DNA of 64,000 nt from Nitrosopumilaceae archaeon (lineage in GTDB: Archaea > Thermoproteota > Nitrososphaeria > Nitrososphaerales > Nitrosopumilaceae): contig CBDATR010000010.1 in the NCBI GenBank assembly GCA_965200155.1, forward strand, positions 32,001-96,000. Direction: 5' to 3'. This document shows positions 29,958-41,073 of the stretch, one piece after another. Positions within the stretch are counted from its first letter, which is position 1. The number at the start of each line of letters is the position of its first letter. Position numbers and translations under genes: made by a program. The notes below the pieces were generated by a model. That model was not told the origin of the DNA and made no database searches. It saw only the letters and a list, made by a program, of their open reading frames with translations.

Positions 29958-31230
29958 GAGTTTGTTGTGTAACTGACTTTGACAGAATACAGGTTCCCTA
30001 CGTCGTAATCTACGTTGCTGCCGCGTCCACCCACTCGTTGTAGTCGTATGTTATCCCATTTCCGCGCCATTAATCCGTGCCCGAATAATCGTTTGAACGG
30101 GAACCGGCTCTATGATTATCCATCGCCTGTTGTACCCTTTTGTCGCCTTCCAGTACTGCTTGTTTTTGGCCTTTTCCTCATCAGAGAGGCGGAAAATGGG
30201 CGATTCCGGACTTCCTCCAAGTCCCCATGAGTCGCCTTTCCTTTGGTGGAATTTAGCTAAAGTGGAATGGTTGTCCGGATTCGATTATGACTGCACAATT
30301 TCATGTTATCCCTGGACGCGTATGCGTCATCTGCAAGTAATTCCAGATTAAATGCGCGCTTCTCATCAATATTAGGTAAGGGGGACACACCGTTAGTCAG
30401 CACCTTTCCGGGTGGTGGCTTATCTGTTGGTCCTGCCAGAGATGGCAACTGTTGCAATGTATGAGTTCACGTCTTCCGGAATCTTGTGCACACATCACAT
30501 TAACTAGAACAACCTGTTCCATCAGTTGTGCGTAAATTTAGACACAGGTGAACTCATACGTTGCAATGGGTCCGGAACTTTCCAATTCCAGGGTGTGCTC
30601 CCTTTCCTGTTGTGGCTCTTCTGCATATGAGCCCAGTACTGCATTGTTTAACATGCGTGTATCCCCAACCCACTCGCCGGTAACCATAAATGCATATGCT
30701 CTCCCAGTCCGCGAGCACTGATGAATCCGCGCCTCTTTTTCCATTTGCCCTAATCCACTCACCGCGATTCAAGGCTGGTCGAGTCCACAATCATTGGCCC
30801 TCGTCAGCTTTTTGTCTGTGCCGACGATCATGTCATTCCCCTTGTTAATGTCAAGATCTTTTCCGCGTCTGTAGTGGAGTAGTGCGGGGTTTGATGCCTT
30901 CCAGTAGTCCTGCGAGGAATCCGGATACCTGCCTGTATCTCATACCTAATGTCGTTCTCAGTGTCATGTAACATGCCCACGACATACTGGTAGGGGGCAC
31001 CCTCCTTGTTATGGTTAGCCTCTTCAATCCCATGCATGGTTAAAGCCAAATAGCATTCCGCTGGACGTACTTGGCATTGTCGGTGAATATCATCAAGTTT
31101 GTTTAAAAAATCTCAGCTATTAATGCTTGGATCCAATCTAGTAATCACTATGACAGAATAAATAAAAATACTCAAACCGTTTCTCACATACATTTTTAAT
31201 CTAACTTGTTTGGAGTTATGCAACAAACTA
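29958..31230 (-). mobile_element. Degenerate IS5-family (IS903-group-like) element, copy 1
   Basis: TIRs (T/G)AGTTTGTTG(C/T)(A/G)TAACT; fragments GEWIR, VTGEWVGD, LADDAYAS. No TSD. Confidence 0.85.
30459..30559 (+). mobile_element. MITE-A variant (101 bp) with one cassette replacement
   Basis: TSD GTTGCAAT. The empty site is visible in the second IS copy near 59383-59390. Confidence 0.97.
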
Positions 31231-31274
31231 AGATATACAAAGGGTTTAATTCGGAACGTACAGATAGATTCCGG

Positions 31275-31368
31275 GCTCCAGTGGTGTAGACCGGTCAAGC
31301 ATTTCGCCCTTTCAAGGCGAAGATCTCGGGTTCAAAATCCACAGATGAAAATCCCGACTGGAGCACCA
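31275..31368 (+). tRNA. tRNA-Glu(TTC) with 15-nt T-loop intron
   Basis: GCTCCAG..TCGCC CTTTCAA GGCGA..GGGTTCAA[intron]ATCCCGACTGGAGCACCA. Confidence 0.92.
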
Positions 31369-31420
31369 AGCTTTAATTGTAGCATTCGGAGATCTAGTTG
31401 TTGTATTGGATAATAAAGAG

Positions 31421-32257
31421 ATGGGAGATAATCCACTTCTCAAAATGTATGCTTCCTATATCACCAAGATTAACGATGCCTTGGACGCGGAGATGAAGAC
31501 ACACTCGGATTCCGAGTTCTACAAGCCGTTAGTTTACTCCCTGGAAGATGGTAAGCGCATACGTCCACTCATCTTGGCACTATCTGCGGAATGTTTTGGA
31601 GAGGCAGACGGAAACGTTATGTCTGCCGCTTGCGCCGTGGAACTACTACATACCGAATCTATCATACACGATGATATTATAGACAACGAGATACAGCGTA
31701 GGCAGCGAGATCCATTCTATGTTAAGTTCGGATCCGATACCAGCGTACTTAGTGGCGATTATGTGCTTGGCATGATTCTTTCCATAGTGGCCCGTCTAGA
31801 CAATCCCCGTATAACCTCTGACTTGGCGCGAACTGCCATGCTTATGAGTGAGGGAGAAATGATTGAAGGCCGCTTGGTGGTGGGCGGTGATGCAACCTTT
31901 GATGACTATGTCAAGACTATACAATACAAGACTGCTACCGCCTTTGAGACTGCCGCACGGATAGGCGCGATAATGGGTGGCGGGACTCCGGATCAGGTTA
32001 TGCGCCTTGCAGAGTACGGAAGTAACATGGGTATTGCCTACCAGATACGGGATGATTTACTAGACTGGAAGAACGAGGACAAGATATTCAATATGCTGGT
32101 AAGGGGGAGATCTGATCCCCGTGATGTCTTTGACAGAATGGAGGAGATGCTAAAGTCGTATTCCGGTAAGGCAAGAGAATCTCTTGAAGGTATACCCAAA
32201 GTGGAAGCCCGGGTAAGCCTGGAAGGGTTGATAGGCTTCGCGGTACTGAAATCCTAG
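31421..32257 (+). CDS. Polyprenyl (GGPP) synthase
   Basis: GKRIRP, HDDIID, YKTA and YQIRDDLLD motifs. Confidence 0.93.
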   Translation: MGDNPLLKMYASYITKINDALDAEMKTHSDSEFYKPLVYSLEDGKRIRPLILALSAECFGEADGNVMSAACAVELLHTESIIHDDIIDNEIQRRQRDPFYVKFGSDTSVLSGDYVLGMILSIVARLDNPRITSDLARTAMLMSEGEMIEGRLVVGGDATFDDYVKTIQYKTATAFETAARIGAIMGGGTPDQVMRLAEYGSNMGIAYQIRDDLLDWKNEDKIFNMLVRGRSDPRDVFDRMEEMLKSYSGKARESLEGIPKVEARVSLEGLIGFAVLKS

Positions 32258-32341
32258 TTACAGTTATTCTCACATCTTAAATCACATTAATCGTCGCGCT
32301 TGAGTCTGGGCATATGTGGGCCCACAAATTATACTTGCACT

Positions 32342-33811
32342 TTATGGGACAGCAAAGGCGGGGGTAGCTATCTCTACGAACTGTATTACCGGATCTGGAT
32401 ACACTCCTAGTCCTACCATGAATAGTATGGAGAATATCATGACTGCCAGTATGGGCCGGGGTTCCCGTACCCTCTTTTGTGTCTCGCCCTCAAAGTACAT
32501 CTTTCGCATTATCCAGCCATAATATGCCAGGGACAGGGCACTATTCAAGACGCCAGCAATTGCCAACCATGGGCCCCACCATACCACGGATCCTGCGTCT
32601 AGGGATGCGCCAAATAGCATAAGCTTGCTCCAAAAGCCGTTTAGCGGGGGCACGCCTGCAAGCGCTAGTAGGGATATCGCAATGCCTAATGCAGTGATGG
32701 GCATGCGTCGGCCTAGGCCCTTTATCTTGTCTAGATGGGTGACCCCCAGTGCCACCACTACGCCAGTAATGGCTATGAACGCGGCTCCCTTCATGACAGC
32801 ATGGTTCAGTACGTGATACATGGAACCCTGCAGACCAGATGCCGAATAAGGTGCCACAGCCAGACCTATCAGGATATAGCCTGCATGTCCTATGCTGGAG
32901 TACGCCAACATTCGTGACAGGTTCTTTTGCATTATGGCTGCCACATTACCCACGGTCATGGTCATTACTGCCACTATGCCCAGGGCCAAAGCCCAATCCA
33001 GATGCAAGGCCGCCATGCCCATGATCATTATTCTTATGGCCGCGGCAAAACCGGCCTTCTTGGTGGCCGCTGCAAGCAGCGCCGTAATGGGCGGTGGTGC
33101 CCCTTCATAGGTATCAGGCAACCACATGTGGAATGGTACAAGACCCATCTTGAAACCGAATCCGGCGATAAAGAGTCCTGCGGCAAGTATTGCCAGTGGC
33201 ATCATGGATGCATCCAGCGCCGCCATGCCCACTATCACCTCTGATATGTTGGTGGATCCTGTAATGCCGTATACTAGGGATATGCCGTACACTATGATGG
33301 CCGATGACATTGCCCCGAACAGAAAGTACTTGAGGGCCGCCTCATTGGATAGCGGGTTCTTTTTAGCAAAACCTGCCAGTACATACGTGGGAATGCTCAT
33401 CAGCTCCCAGGCAACAAAGAGCATTACAAGATCCGTTGAGTAAGCTACCATGACCATGCCTATGGCAGAGAACAGTATCAGCGAGTAGTATACGGCAGGA
33501 TATCTATGATCCCGAAGATAGCTTATGGATCCTACAACACTGAACACAACTACTATAAGCATGGCTACAGCAAAGAGGCCGCCAAAGGCATCATCGGCTA
33601 GGACCTCATTGGAGAATACGGCACCAGGCTCTATCATGCCTGTCACAAACTGATATCCAACATACCCTATGGATGCGAAAAGAGCTACTATGGCTATGAC
33701 CGCGTACGCTCTTGTGTCCCTCTCCCTTCGCCATATGTCTAGGAGGGGTAACACTACGCCAGCTACGCCTAGTACCGCCATTACGACAAGGGGGGTGGTT
33801 GTGATCTCCAT
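32342..33811 (-). CDS. nuoN: Complex I subunit N
   Basis: EAALKYF, FKMGLVPFHMWLPDTYEGAP. Confidence 0.95.
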   Translation of the reverse strand: MEITTTPLVVMAVLGVAGVVLPLLDIWRRERDTRAYAVIAIVALFASIGYVGYQFVTGMIEPGAVFSNEVLADDAFGGLFAVAMLIVVVFSVVGSISYLRDHRYPAVYYSLILFSAIGMVMVAYSTDLVMLFVAWELMSIPTYVLAGFAKKNPLSNEAALKYFLFGAMSSAIIVYGISLVYGITGSTNISEVIVGMAALDASMMPLAILAAGLFIAGFGFKMGLVPFHMWLPDTYEGAPPPITALLAAATKKAGFAAAIRIMIMGMAALHLDWALALGIVAVMTMTVGNVAAIMQKNLSRMLAYSSIGHAGYILIGLAVAPYSASGLQGSMYHVLNHAVMKGAAFIAITGVVVALGVTHLDKIKGLGRRMPITALGIAISLLALAGVPPLNGFWSKLMLFGASLDAGSVVWWGPWLAIAGVLNSALSLAYYGWIMRKMYFEGETQKRVREPRPILAVMIFSILFMVGLGVYPDPVIQFVEIATPAFAVP

Positions 33812-33814
33812 GCC

Positions 33815-35854
33815 CTACACCATCAAAATCAGGACTATGAAGAGCAGTCCTGCTCCAAATACAAATAGATATGACTGAGCCGTTCCTGTCTGGGTTCCCT
33901 GTACCACTTTTGCACCCCATCCCACGGCTCTCTCAAGCCCGGTATTCATTCCGTAATCTATTGCGGTACGCTCAAAGTAGCGGAAAAGTCCGCGAGAAAG
34001 CCACAGTGGCGCCACTACGAAGCACCAGTACACAATGGCATTCAGGTACCATCTCTTTAGTATCAATTTGTGAATCGCGTAAAAGAAGATATTAGAATTC
34101 ACCAACTTCTCTGCACTGGCTAGTCGGCGTATGTAAAATACATACCCCAGAGTTATGCCTATGCCAAATGCTGCCAGGGATGACATTAGCGCTACAGGAT
34201 TTAGTCCGCCCAATATGCCACTCTCTTCTCCATGCCCCTCGCCATGTATGCCAAAGGAGTGGTCCAGGTAGTCCTCAAAGAGATGGTGCAGGCTTCCCTC
34301 TATGTATAAACCAGCAACTCCCAGTATTATGGTCAGGGCTGCCAGTATGCCGTACGGAACCCACATGGATATGTGCGCCTCGTGTACTTGGTGTCCGTCT
34401 GCCTCCATCTTTAGAATGTGCTTACTCTTGGGTCCGTGAAAGACCAATCCTATCATACGAGTAGTATAGAATGCAGTTATTATGGCAGTCAGGACCGCGA
34501 CACCGTACAGAACCATTCCAAGCTCCGCTCCAGACTCGTACACTGCGGCAAATATGGCATCCTTACTCCAAAATCCTGTGGTTATGAAGGGTGCTCCCAT
34601 AAGTCCTAACCCCGCAGCCCACATGAACACATAAGTCTTCTTCATGTGGCGCCGCAGCCCTCCCATGTCTGTCATGAAGCGGCTACCCACAGTGTGTAAT
34701 ATGGATCCCGCGGCCATGAACAGCGAGGCCTTGAACATTGCATGAGACACCAGATGGAAGAATCCTGCCGTATATCCGTCTACATACTGGTGTGATAATC
34801 CAGCCACGCCCAGTGCCAGCATCATGTATCCTATCTGCGAGCCGGTGGAGTATGCCAGCACTTTCTTTATCTCCGGATTGGTCATGCCCTGAGTGGCCAA
34901 CAACAAGGCGGTGATGGCGCCGGTCCATGCAACTATCATAAAGAACTGCTCGCCTAGTATGCCCGCTGCCCCTAGGGCGAACATTATGGGTCCTATACGA
35001 GCCACTAAAAACACCCCTGCCTTTACCATGGTGGCAGCATGTATGAGGGCAGATACTGCCGTGGGCCCGGTCATTGCTTCCAAAAGCCACTCATTAAGCG
35101 GGAACTGAGCGGACTTGCCTACGGCACCGCCAAAGAGCAACACAAAGGCGGGAACTAATAGTCCCGCGGCATCCATCTGCACTGCCCACTCTGTACTCTC
35201 GACTATTTCTCGGAATCCAAAGCTTCCTGCGTACATGAATATCAGGAACATACCCGCGAGCATCATTACATCGCCAACCTTAGTCATGATGAATGCCTTC
35301 ATGCCTGCATGGGTAGGCGAGTAGTAGTCAAGCAGCCCCAAGGCTGTACGACCGCGGGTTCCAACATGATCCTTCTTTTTGTCCCTGTACCAGAATGATA
35401 TCAGACCATATGATGCAAGCCCTACACCTTCCCATCCAAAGAATAGCTGTAGCAGGTTATCTGAGAGAACTATTATCTGCATGGATCCTATAAAGAAGAG
35501 CATCCAAAACCAAAAGCGCGTTATATCGCGGTCCCCTTTCATGTATCCGGTGCTATACACCATGATCAGGAAAGATATCCACCCTACCACATTGGCCATT
35601 ATGACCGATACAGGATCCGCCAAGACACCGGCCTTCAGCCCTATGGATTCTATCCACATTATCTGGGAGTGTATCTCTCCCTCTTCCAGTGCCATGGGTA
35701 GCAGAGTGGCCGCCGATGCTGCTGACATCAGGGCAAAAGCCACCGCCACATAGTTGGTGGCGCTTCGTCCCTTCAGTAGCTTGGCAACACCGGGTATTAT
35801 GAGTGCCCCCACAAAGGGCAGTATCCACACCAGCCACACAGCCTCTGGTGTCAT
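33815..35854 (-). CDS. nuoL: Complex I subunit L
   Basis: GKSAQFPL..AMTGPTAVSALIHAATMV. Confidence 0.96.
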   Translation of the reverse strand: MTPEAVWLVWILPFVGALIIPGVAKLLKGRSATNYVAVAFALMSAASAATLLPMALEEGEIHSQIMWIESIGLKAGVLADPVSVIMANVVGWISFLIMVYSTGYMKGDRDITRFWFWMLFFIGSMQIIVLSDNLLQLFFGWEGVGLASYGLISFWYRDKKKDHVGTRGRTALGLLDYYSPTHAGMKAFIMTKVGDVMMLAGMFLIFMYAGSFGFREIVESTEWAVQMDAAGLLVPAFVLLFGGAVGKSAQFPLNEWLLEAMTGPTAVSALIHAATMVKAGVFLVARIGPIMFALGAAGILGEQFFMIVAWTGAITALLLATQGMTNPEIKKVLAYSTGSQIGYMMLALGVAGLSHQYVDGYTAGFFHLVSHAMFKASLFMAAGSILHTVGSRFMTDMGGLRRHMKKTYVFMWAAGLGLMGAPFITTGFWSKDAIFAAVYESGAELGMVLYGVAVLTAIITAFYTTRMIGLVFHGPKSKHILKMEADGHQVHEAHISMWVPYGILAALTIILGVAGLYIEGSLHHLFEDYLDHSFGIHGEGHGEESGILGGLNPVALMSSLAAFGIGITLGYVFYIRRLASAEKLVNSNIFFYAIHKLILKRWYLNAIVYWCFVVAPLWLSRGLFRYFERTAIDYGMNTGLERAVGWGAKVVQGTQTGTAQSYLFVFGAGLLFIVLILMV

Positions 35855-37353
35855 ATCTGCAACACTCCCTCCATGTAGGGTATTATGCCCTCAAGGAATA
35901 TGTCCGGGTATATACCTAGCACAATTGTAAAGCCCGCGAGCACCATCATGGGTGCGGTCATATGCCAACCGGCCTCTTTGACTTTTACCAAGTGCTCCGG
36001 TGTCTTGCCAAAGAATACTCGCTTTAGCATCCATAGTATGTATGCCATGGTAAGTACCGTGGCGACAAGACCCAGGCCAAAAGTAACAGCGCGCACAGTG
36101 GAACCTTCCGCTATGGCCGTCTCCAATGCTCCGTAGAACAGAATCCACTCGCCCATGAATCCGCTAGTGGGGGGTACGCCCATTATTGTCAGTGCGCCTA
36201 TTACTGCACACACAGCAGTAATGGGCATCTTTCCAGCTAAACCGCCTAGCCTGGATATGCTTCTGGTTCCCGCTTTCACTATGAGGATACCTGCAGTCAT
36301 GAAGAGCAGTCCCTTGCCCAATGCATGTGTCACATACATCATCTCTGCTCCTGCCATGCCCAGTACTGACATGGATCCTATCCCAAAGAGTATGTATCCC
36401 ATCTGAGATATGGATGAGTATGCAAAGAGCCGCTTTATGTCGTCCTGCATAAGCGCCATGGCCCCTCCGTATAACATAGTGACCAGCCCCCATATGTGGA
36501 ACCATATAGCCAGCTCCGAGAATGTGGCTGGCAGGAACTCTACTATTAATCGAAATATGCCGTAGGCGCCAATGCCTATCATGGCCGGTGAAAGAAGTGC
36601 ACTTATGGGTGTGGGCGCCGCTCCGTGCACCCATGGTAGCCATATGTGAAACATGAACACCGCAAGCTTTACGCCAAGACCTATGGATATGGCAATGGCA
36701 GAGAGTAATACAATATCCGGTGGAATGGACGACTCGGCTATATCTGCAAAATCAAAGCTGCCCACACTAAGTCCTATCATGAGGAAGCCAAGCAACAGGA
36801 CCACGGCACCCACATGTGTCCAAAAGAGAAACATCAATCCTATCTTGCGCCGGGGTCCGTCCCCCCACAACGACACCAAAAAGAAGCCCGGTATAAGCAT
36901 TATCTCAAAGAACACATAGAACTGTATCAGGTTGGTGGATAGGACTGTTCCAAGCATTCCCATTGCAAAGACCAAGTAGAGCGCAAAGTAGAGGCCTGCC
37001 TGCCTGTTGATTGAGTGCTGCTGTACTCTGCCTTCCGCGTCTTCGTGAAACTTATGCGTCATGTATGGTCTTGAGTACAGTACCAGTATGGTACTCAGTA
37101 CGTATATCATTATGGCAAAGGGTGAGGACAGACCGTCTAGGCTAAAGCCAAATCCGCCAAACTCCTGAGTCCATGGGTATAACTCGGTCTGGCTCGAGAG
37201 TGATCCCAACACAACCAGTATGGTACAGTATAGTAGTATGGCAAAGGAAAACCACATGGCTGCCTTGATACCATGCCTGACGCCCAGCATATATGCTACC
37301 GGTGACAGAAGCAAAGGCAGGAATACTGCCTGGATTAGTCCGTATTCTATCAT
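35851..37353 (-). CDS. nuoM: Complex I subunit M
   Basis: FYVFFE, HIWLPWVHGAAP and AYSSISQMG motifs. Confidence 0.95.
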   Translation of the reverse strand: MIEYGLIQAVFLPLLLSPVAYMLGVRHGIKAAMWFSFAILLYCTILVVLGSLSSQTELYPWTQEFGGFGFSLDGLSSPFAIMIYVLSTILVLYSRPYMTHKFHEDAEGRVQQHSINRQAGLYFALYLVFAMGMLGTVLSTNLIQFYVFFEIMLIPGFFLVSLWGDGPRRKIGLMFLFWTHVGAVVLLLGFLMIGLSVGSFDFADIAESSIPPDIVLLSAIAISIGLGVKLAVFMFHIWLPWVHGAAPTPISALLSPAMIGIGAYGIFRLIVEFLPATFSELAIWFHIWGLVTMLYGGAMALMQDDIKRLFAYSSISQMGYILFGIGSMSVLGMAGAEMMYVTHALGKGLLFMTAGILIVKAGTRSISRLGGLAGKMPITAVCAVIGALTIMGVPPTSGFMGEWILFYGALETAIAEGSTVRAVTFGLGLVATVLTMAYILWMLKRVFFGKTPEHLVKVKEAGWHMTAPMMVLAGFTIVLGIYPDIFLEGIIPYMEGVLQI

Positions 37354-37655
37354 CCTCTCAGGCTCCTGAAGTTGGCAATATCCACGTCCTTGTACATGCG
37401 GTATGCCACTATTATCAGTGCCAACCCTACGGCTACCTCAGCGGCCGCTATAGCTATGGAGAAGAGCGCCAGACTCTGTCCACCACTGGTCTCTACAAAT
37501 CGTGAGAATGCTACCAGGTTCAGGTTGGCCGCGTTAATTATAATCTCTACCGCAAACAGCATACGGATTGCGTTACGCTTGACCGCCAGCCCATATATGC
37601 CGATGGCCAGTAATGCCACCGACACTAAGACAAACTCAGTCAGCTCGCCGCTCAT
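37350..37655 (-). CDS. nuoK: Complex I subunit K
   Basis: AIAAAEVAVGLAL. Confidence 0.95.
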   Translation of the reverse strand: MSGELTEFVLVSVALLAIGIYGLAVKRNAIRMLFAVEIIINAANLNLVAFSRFVETSGGQSLALFSIAIAAAEVAVGLALIIVAYRMYKDVDIANFRSLRG

Positions 37656-38145
37656 TCTCCACATCCCTCCTGGCTAGTACCAGCGCTCCTGTGACGGCAC
37701 CCGAAAGTATGAGTGCCATCAGAACCAGTGCTGGCCAGTAATATATCAAAAAGTCCTCTCCTATGTCTCTAAAGTCTAATGGTTCACCGGGTGACCCCAT
37801 ATCGTGCATCCCTGAGGATATTATGACGGATCCCACACCTATCATAAACACCAGCATAAGTCCTATTCCCGCGAATCGCCGACGGGGATCCTCGACTTTT
37901 TTGAATATGAGTTCCCGTCTTACCAACATTACCGTAAAGAGTATCAGTACGGCAATAGAGCCAACATATACTGCAAGCTGGAATAGCGCCACAAACGGCG
38001 CGTCCAGTAGAAAGAAGAATCCTGCAACTCCACCCAAAGATCCCATTAATGCTATGGATCCGTATATCAGGGAGCGCATCTCCAGCGCGGCGATGGCCGA
38101 ACCTATAGTCAGCACAGAGATGGCCAAGAAGACAGCATCAGCCAT
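37636..38145 (-). CDS. nuoJ: Complex I subunit J
   Basis: QLAVYVGSIAVLILF. Confidence 0.95.
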   Translation of the reverse strand: MADAVFLAISVLTIGSAIAALEMRSLIYGSIALMGSLGGVAGFFFLLDAPFVALFQLAVYVGSIAVLILFTVMLVRRELIFKKVEDPRRRFAGIGLMLVFMIGVGSVIISSGMHDMGSPGEPLDFRDIGEDFLIYYWPALVLMALILSGAVTGALVLARRDVENERRAD

Positions 38146-38638
38146 GCGATGCTCCCCGTTCGGTTATCTGTATCTCTGCGTCTTGTGAAACATACGGCTT
38201 GACTTGTAGTTGCGCCGGTGTGTATATCAAACCCTCCTTGGTAAATGAGGATAATTCATAGTCATTGCTCATGTATAGTGCATAAAACGGACATGCATCG
38301 ACGCACAGACCGCAGAACACGCACTTGCCATAGTCTATTTGAGGCATTATGCTCTTTTTGTTCTGCTTGTGGGTTTCCGGAACCTTTACCATAGCTATTG
38401 CCTCGGCCACGCCTTCGCAAGCTATGGAACACAACTGGCATCCGGTACAATGATCGTGAAATAGCATATGCCTTCCCTTCAAACCGGCCACGCCGACACC
38501 TGTAATTGGATCGAATCTATATCCGTCCCCTACAAACTTCAACTTCTGCTCAGGATACCTCAGGGTGAATCGCTTACGCGCAATGTGGCGCACTCCGGAA
38601 TTTAGCGCCTTTATTATGCCAGTAGCGGTACTCATCAC
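38138..38638 (-). CDS. nuoI: Complex I subunit I
   Basis: CTGCQLC..C and CVFCGLCVDACP. Confidence 0.95.
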   Translation of the reverse strand: MMSTATGIIKALNSGVRHIARKRFTLRYPEQKLKFVGDGYRFDPITGVGVAGLKGRHMLFHDHCTGCQLCSIACEGVAEAIAMVKVPETHKQNKKSIMPQIDYGKCVFCGLCVDACPFYALYMSNDYELSSFTKEGLIYTPAQLQVKPYVSQDAEIQITERGASHG

Positions 38639-39933
38639 AACAATCCTCCAGGTCCCAGTACTCCAGCGTATAACAAGCCCAGTGCAATAAAGATGTTAAC
38701 AAAGGAGAGTCCTATGAGCTTGTACCAGCCTAGGGACAGTAACATGTCTATGCGTATGCGGGGGAATACGCCTCTTGGAAGTAGTATGAAGAATATCACC
38801 GCTACGGTCTTGATAATGAACCAGACGACGCCATTGATCATGGCATGATCTAGGATAGGAAGTCCCGGAACCGTGAGAGTTACCGGTCCTAATGCTATAC
38901 CCTCTGTGATTATCTCTTCCGGGAATGGTGGTATTATCATTGGACCGTGCCATCCGGCAAGGAACATTACGGTGAAGAGGGCTGCAAAGGCGTATAGTTT
39001 CAGATAGGATCCCAGCTGCACTAGACCGTACATCATGCCGGAGAATTCCGTAAGCCAACCGGCCACAATCTCCGACTCTGCCTCTGGCAGGTCAAAGGGT
39101 ATGCGCTCCAGCTCCGCTAGTATGCATATGAAGAAAACTATGGCACCCACTGGGAGAAACAGAATCCACGGGAAGTAGCTCTGGCTCTCGACAATCTCAG
39201 ACAGGTTCATGGTACCGGTGAGAATTACGACACCCAATAGAGAGAGTATGAGGGGTATCTCAAAAGATATCATCTGGTGAAGTGCTCGTATGCCACCTAT
39301 GAAAGGGAACTTTGAGTTTGCGGACCAGGCAGAGAGTACTGTGACAATGGGAAAGAATCCTATTATCGCAAAGACTGCCAAGACGCCAAGATCTACATCG
39401 GCTACCACCCATCCGGGCGCCGCGGGTATCAGACTGACAAAAGCTGCAGCGGTGCCTACAAACGCTACCGGGGCCAACCAGAATATGGGCTTGTCAGCTT
39501 TGGCCGGAATTATAATCTCCTTTGATATTAGCTTGAGACCATCGCCCATAAGCTGCAGTATGCCTTCTACCTTGCCACAATAGAATGGACCTACTCGCAA
39601 CTGCAGTTTGGCTAGCATCTTGCGCTCCACAAAAATTGTGCCCGCTGCTAGTAGCGCCGCGAGCCCAAAACCGGGGAATATTGCGATTTTGAAAAAGTCC
39701 GTCTCCATGAATGCCTTTACTATGGGTATGGTACGAGAGGGGTCAGCTAGCCACGTCAGGGCCAGAAATGGTGTTAGTAACTCTCCGTCAATGACTGGCA
39801 TCTCTATGTAGAAGAGTACTATCTGGATGGCGGGTATGCCCACCAGCGTGACCAGGACTATGATCCAAAACAGATCATTCAGAATACTACGTAGAAAACC
39901 GCTAAACCTGAAACTTGGTGCTATGACAGACAT
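38635..39933 (-). CDS. nuoH: Complex I subunit H
   Basis: ERK..QLRVGP, RIPFDLPEAESEIV. Confidence 0.96.
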   Translation of the reverse strand: MSVIAPSFRFSGFLRSILNDLFWIIVLVTLVGIPAIQIVLFYIEMPVIDGELLTPFLALTWLADPSRTIPIVKAFMETDFFKIAIFPGFGLAALLAAGTIFVERKMLAKLQLRVGPFYCGKVEGILQLMGDGLKLISKEIIIPAKADKPIFWLAPVAFVGTAAAFVSLIPAAPGWVVADVDLGVLAVFAIIGFFPIVTVLSAWSANSKFPFIGGIRALHQMISFEIPLILSLLGVVILTGTMNLSEIVESQSYFPWILFLPVGAIVFFICILAELERIPFDLPEAESEIVAGWLTEFSGMMYGLVQLGSYLKLYAFAALFTVMFLAGWHGPMIIPPFPEEIITEGIALGPVTLTVPGLPILDHAMINGVVWFIIKTVAVIFFILLPRGVFPRIRIDMLLSLGWYKLIGLSFVNIFIALGLLYAGVLGPGGLL

Positions 39934-39935
39934 GC

Positions 39936-41069
39936 CTATCTATCTGCCTCCACTGGCCAGTAATTCAAGCTCCAGTACACAGAGGGCATGTTGCCAAGTT
40001 TTTCACCTTTCAGTAGGTATGGCAGAGCTATTAGGTTACGGAAGGATCCTACGCTTAGTTTTACACGGTAGGGCTCAGGTTTTTTTCGGGATATAATGTG
40101 GCATCCCAGTGCTCCCCTGCCTGACTCTACTCGCCTGTATACGGACTCGTCTCCACCCTTGGGGTTTGGCTTGAGCTTGACCCTGACCGAGCCGGACTTG
40201 GGCATCTTTTGTAAAGCATCACGAATTATTCGACAGGACTGCATCATGTCCAGCCATGGTATCTTGGAGCGGGCATAGGCATCACCCTGGGGGAGAACAT
40301 TGGTCTCAAAGTCCATAGAATCATACACATCATAGGGTTCCTTCTTGCGTATGTCGAAATCCACGCCACTGGCTCGTAGAACAGAACCGGTAGTGCCCAA
40401 CCGTATGGCATCGTTGCGGGATAGTACACCAGTATCCTTGGTCCGAGATATCAGTATGGGGTTGTCATAGAAGATGTCCGCATACTCTGCTATCCTTTTC
40501 TCAAAATAAGCAACCTGTCGGAGACAGACATCCTCAAAGTTGGCGGGGAGATCATTTCGCACTCCTCCGGGTACAAAGTAGGCGTGCGTGACCCTGGCTC
40601 CGGTCATCTTCTCTAACAGATCTATGAAAAGTTCCCGGTCCCCTGCTGGCCACATAAACATGGTGGAGTGTCCCAAAAATATTCCGTATATGGCAAGCCA
40701 GTATAGCGTATATACGCACCGGTTTAGCTCCGCTGCTATGACCCGGACGTATTTGGCACGTTCGGGCACCTCTATGCCTAGTAGATCCTCGGTAGCCAAC
40801 ACGTATGGGTAGAGTATGTTGCATGAGTCGTGTATTACCGGTCTTTCTAAGTGTGGTATGTTGGTTATGTAGTTACGATACTCTGCCATCTTCTCCTCGC
40901 CCCGGTGCACATAGCCTGGGTCCGGATCGCAGGCCACTATATAGTCGCCATCTATCTGCACTATTATGCGCATATGACCTGAACCCGGATGCTGTGGACC
41001 CACATTTAGCGTCATGATCCTATCGTCTACTTTTTCTAAATGGAGTCCTGGGGGCAGTTGATTACTCAT
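39936..41069 (-). CDS. nuoD: Complex I subunit D
   Basis: NVGPQHP, GYVHRGEEK. Confidence 0.96.
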   Translation of the reverse strand: MSNQLPPGLHLEKVDDRIMTLNVGPQHPGSGHMRIIVQIDGDYIVACDPDPGYVHRGEEKMAEYRNYITNIPHLERPVIHDSCNILYPYVLATEDLLGIEVPERAKYVRVIAAELNRCVYTLYWLAIYGIFLGHSTMFMWPAGDRELFIDLLEKMTGARVTHAYFVPGGVRNDLPANFEDVCLRQVAYFEKRIAEYADIFYDNPILISRTKDTGVLSRNDAIRLGTTGSVLRASGVDFDIRKKEPYDVYDSMDFETNVLPQGDAYARSKIPWLDMMQSCRIIRDALQKMPKSGSVRVKLKPNPKGGDESVYRRVESGRGALGCHIISRKKPEPYRVKLSVGSFRNLIALPYLLKGEKLGNMPSVYWSLNYWPVEADR

Positions 41070-41073
41070 TGTG

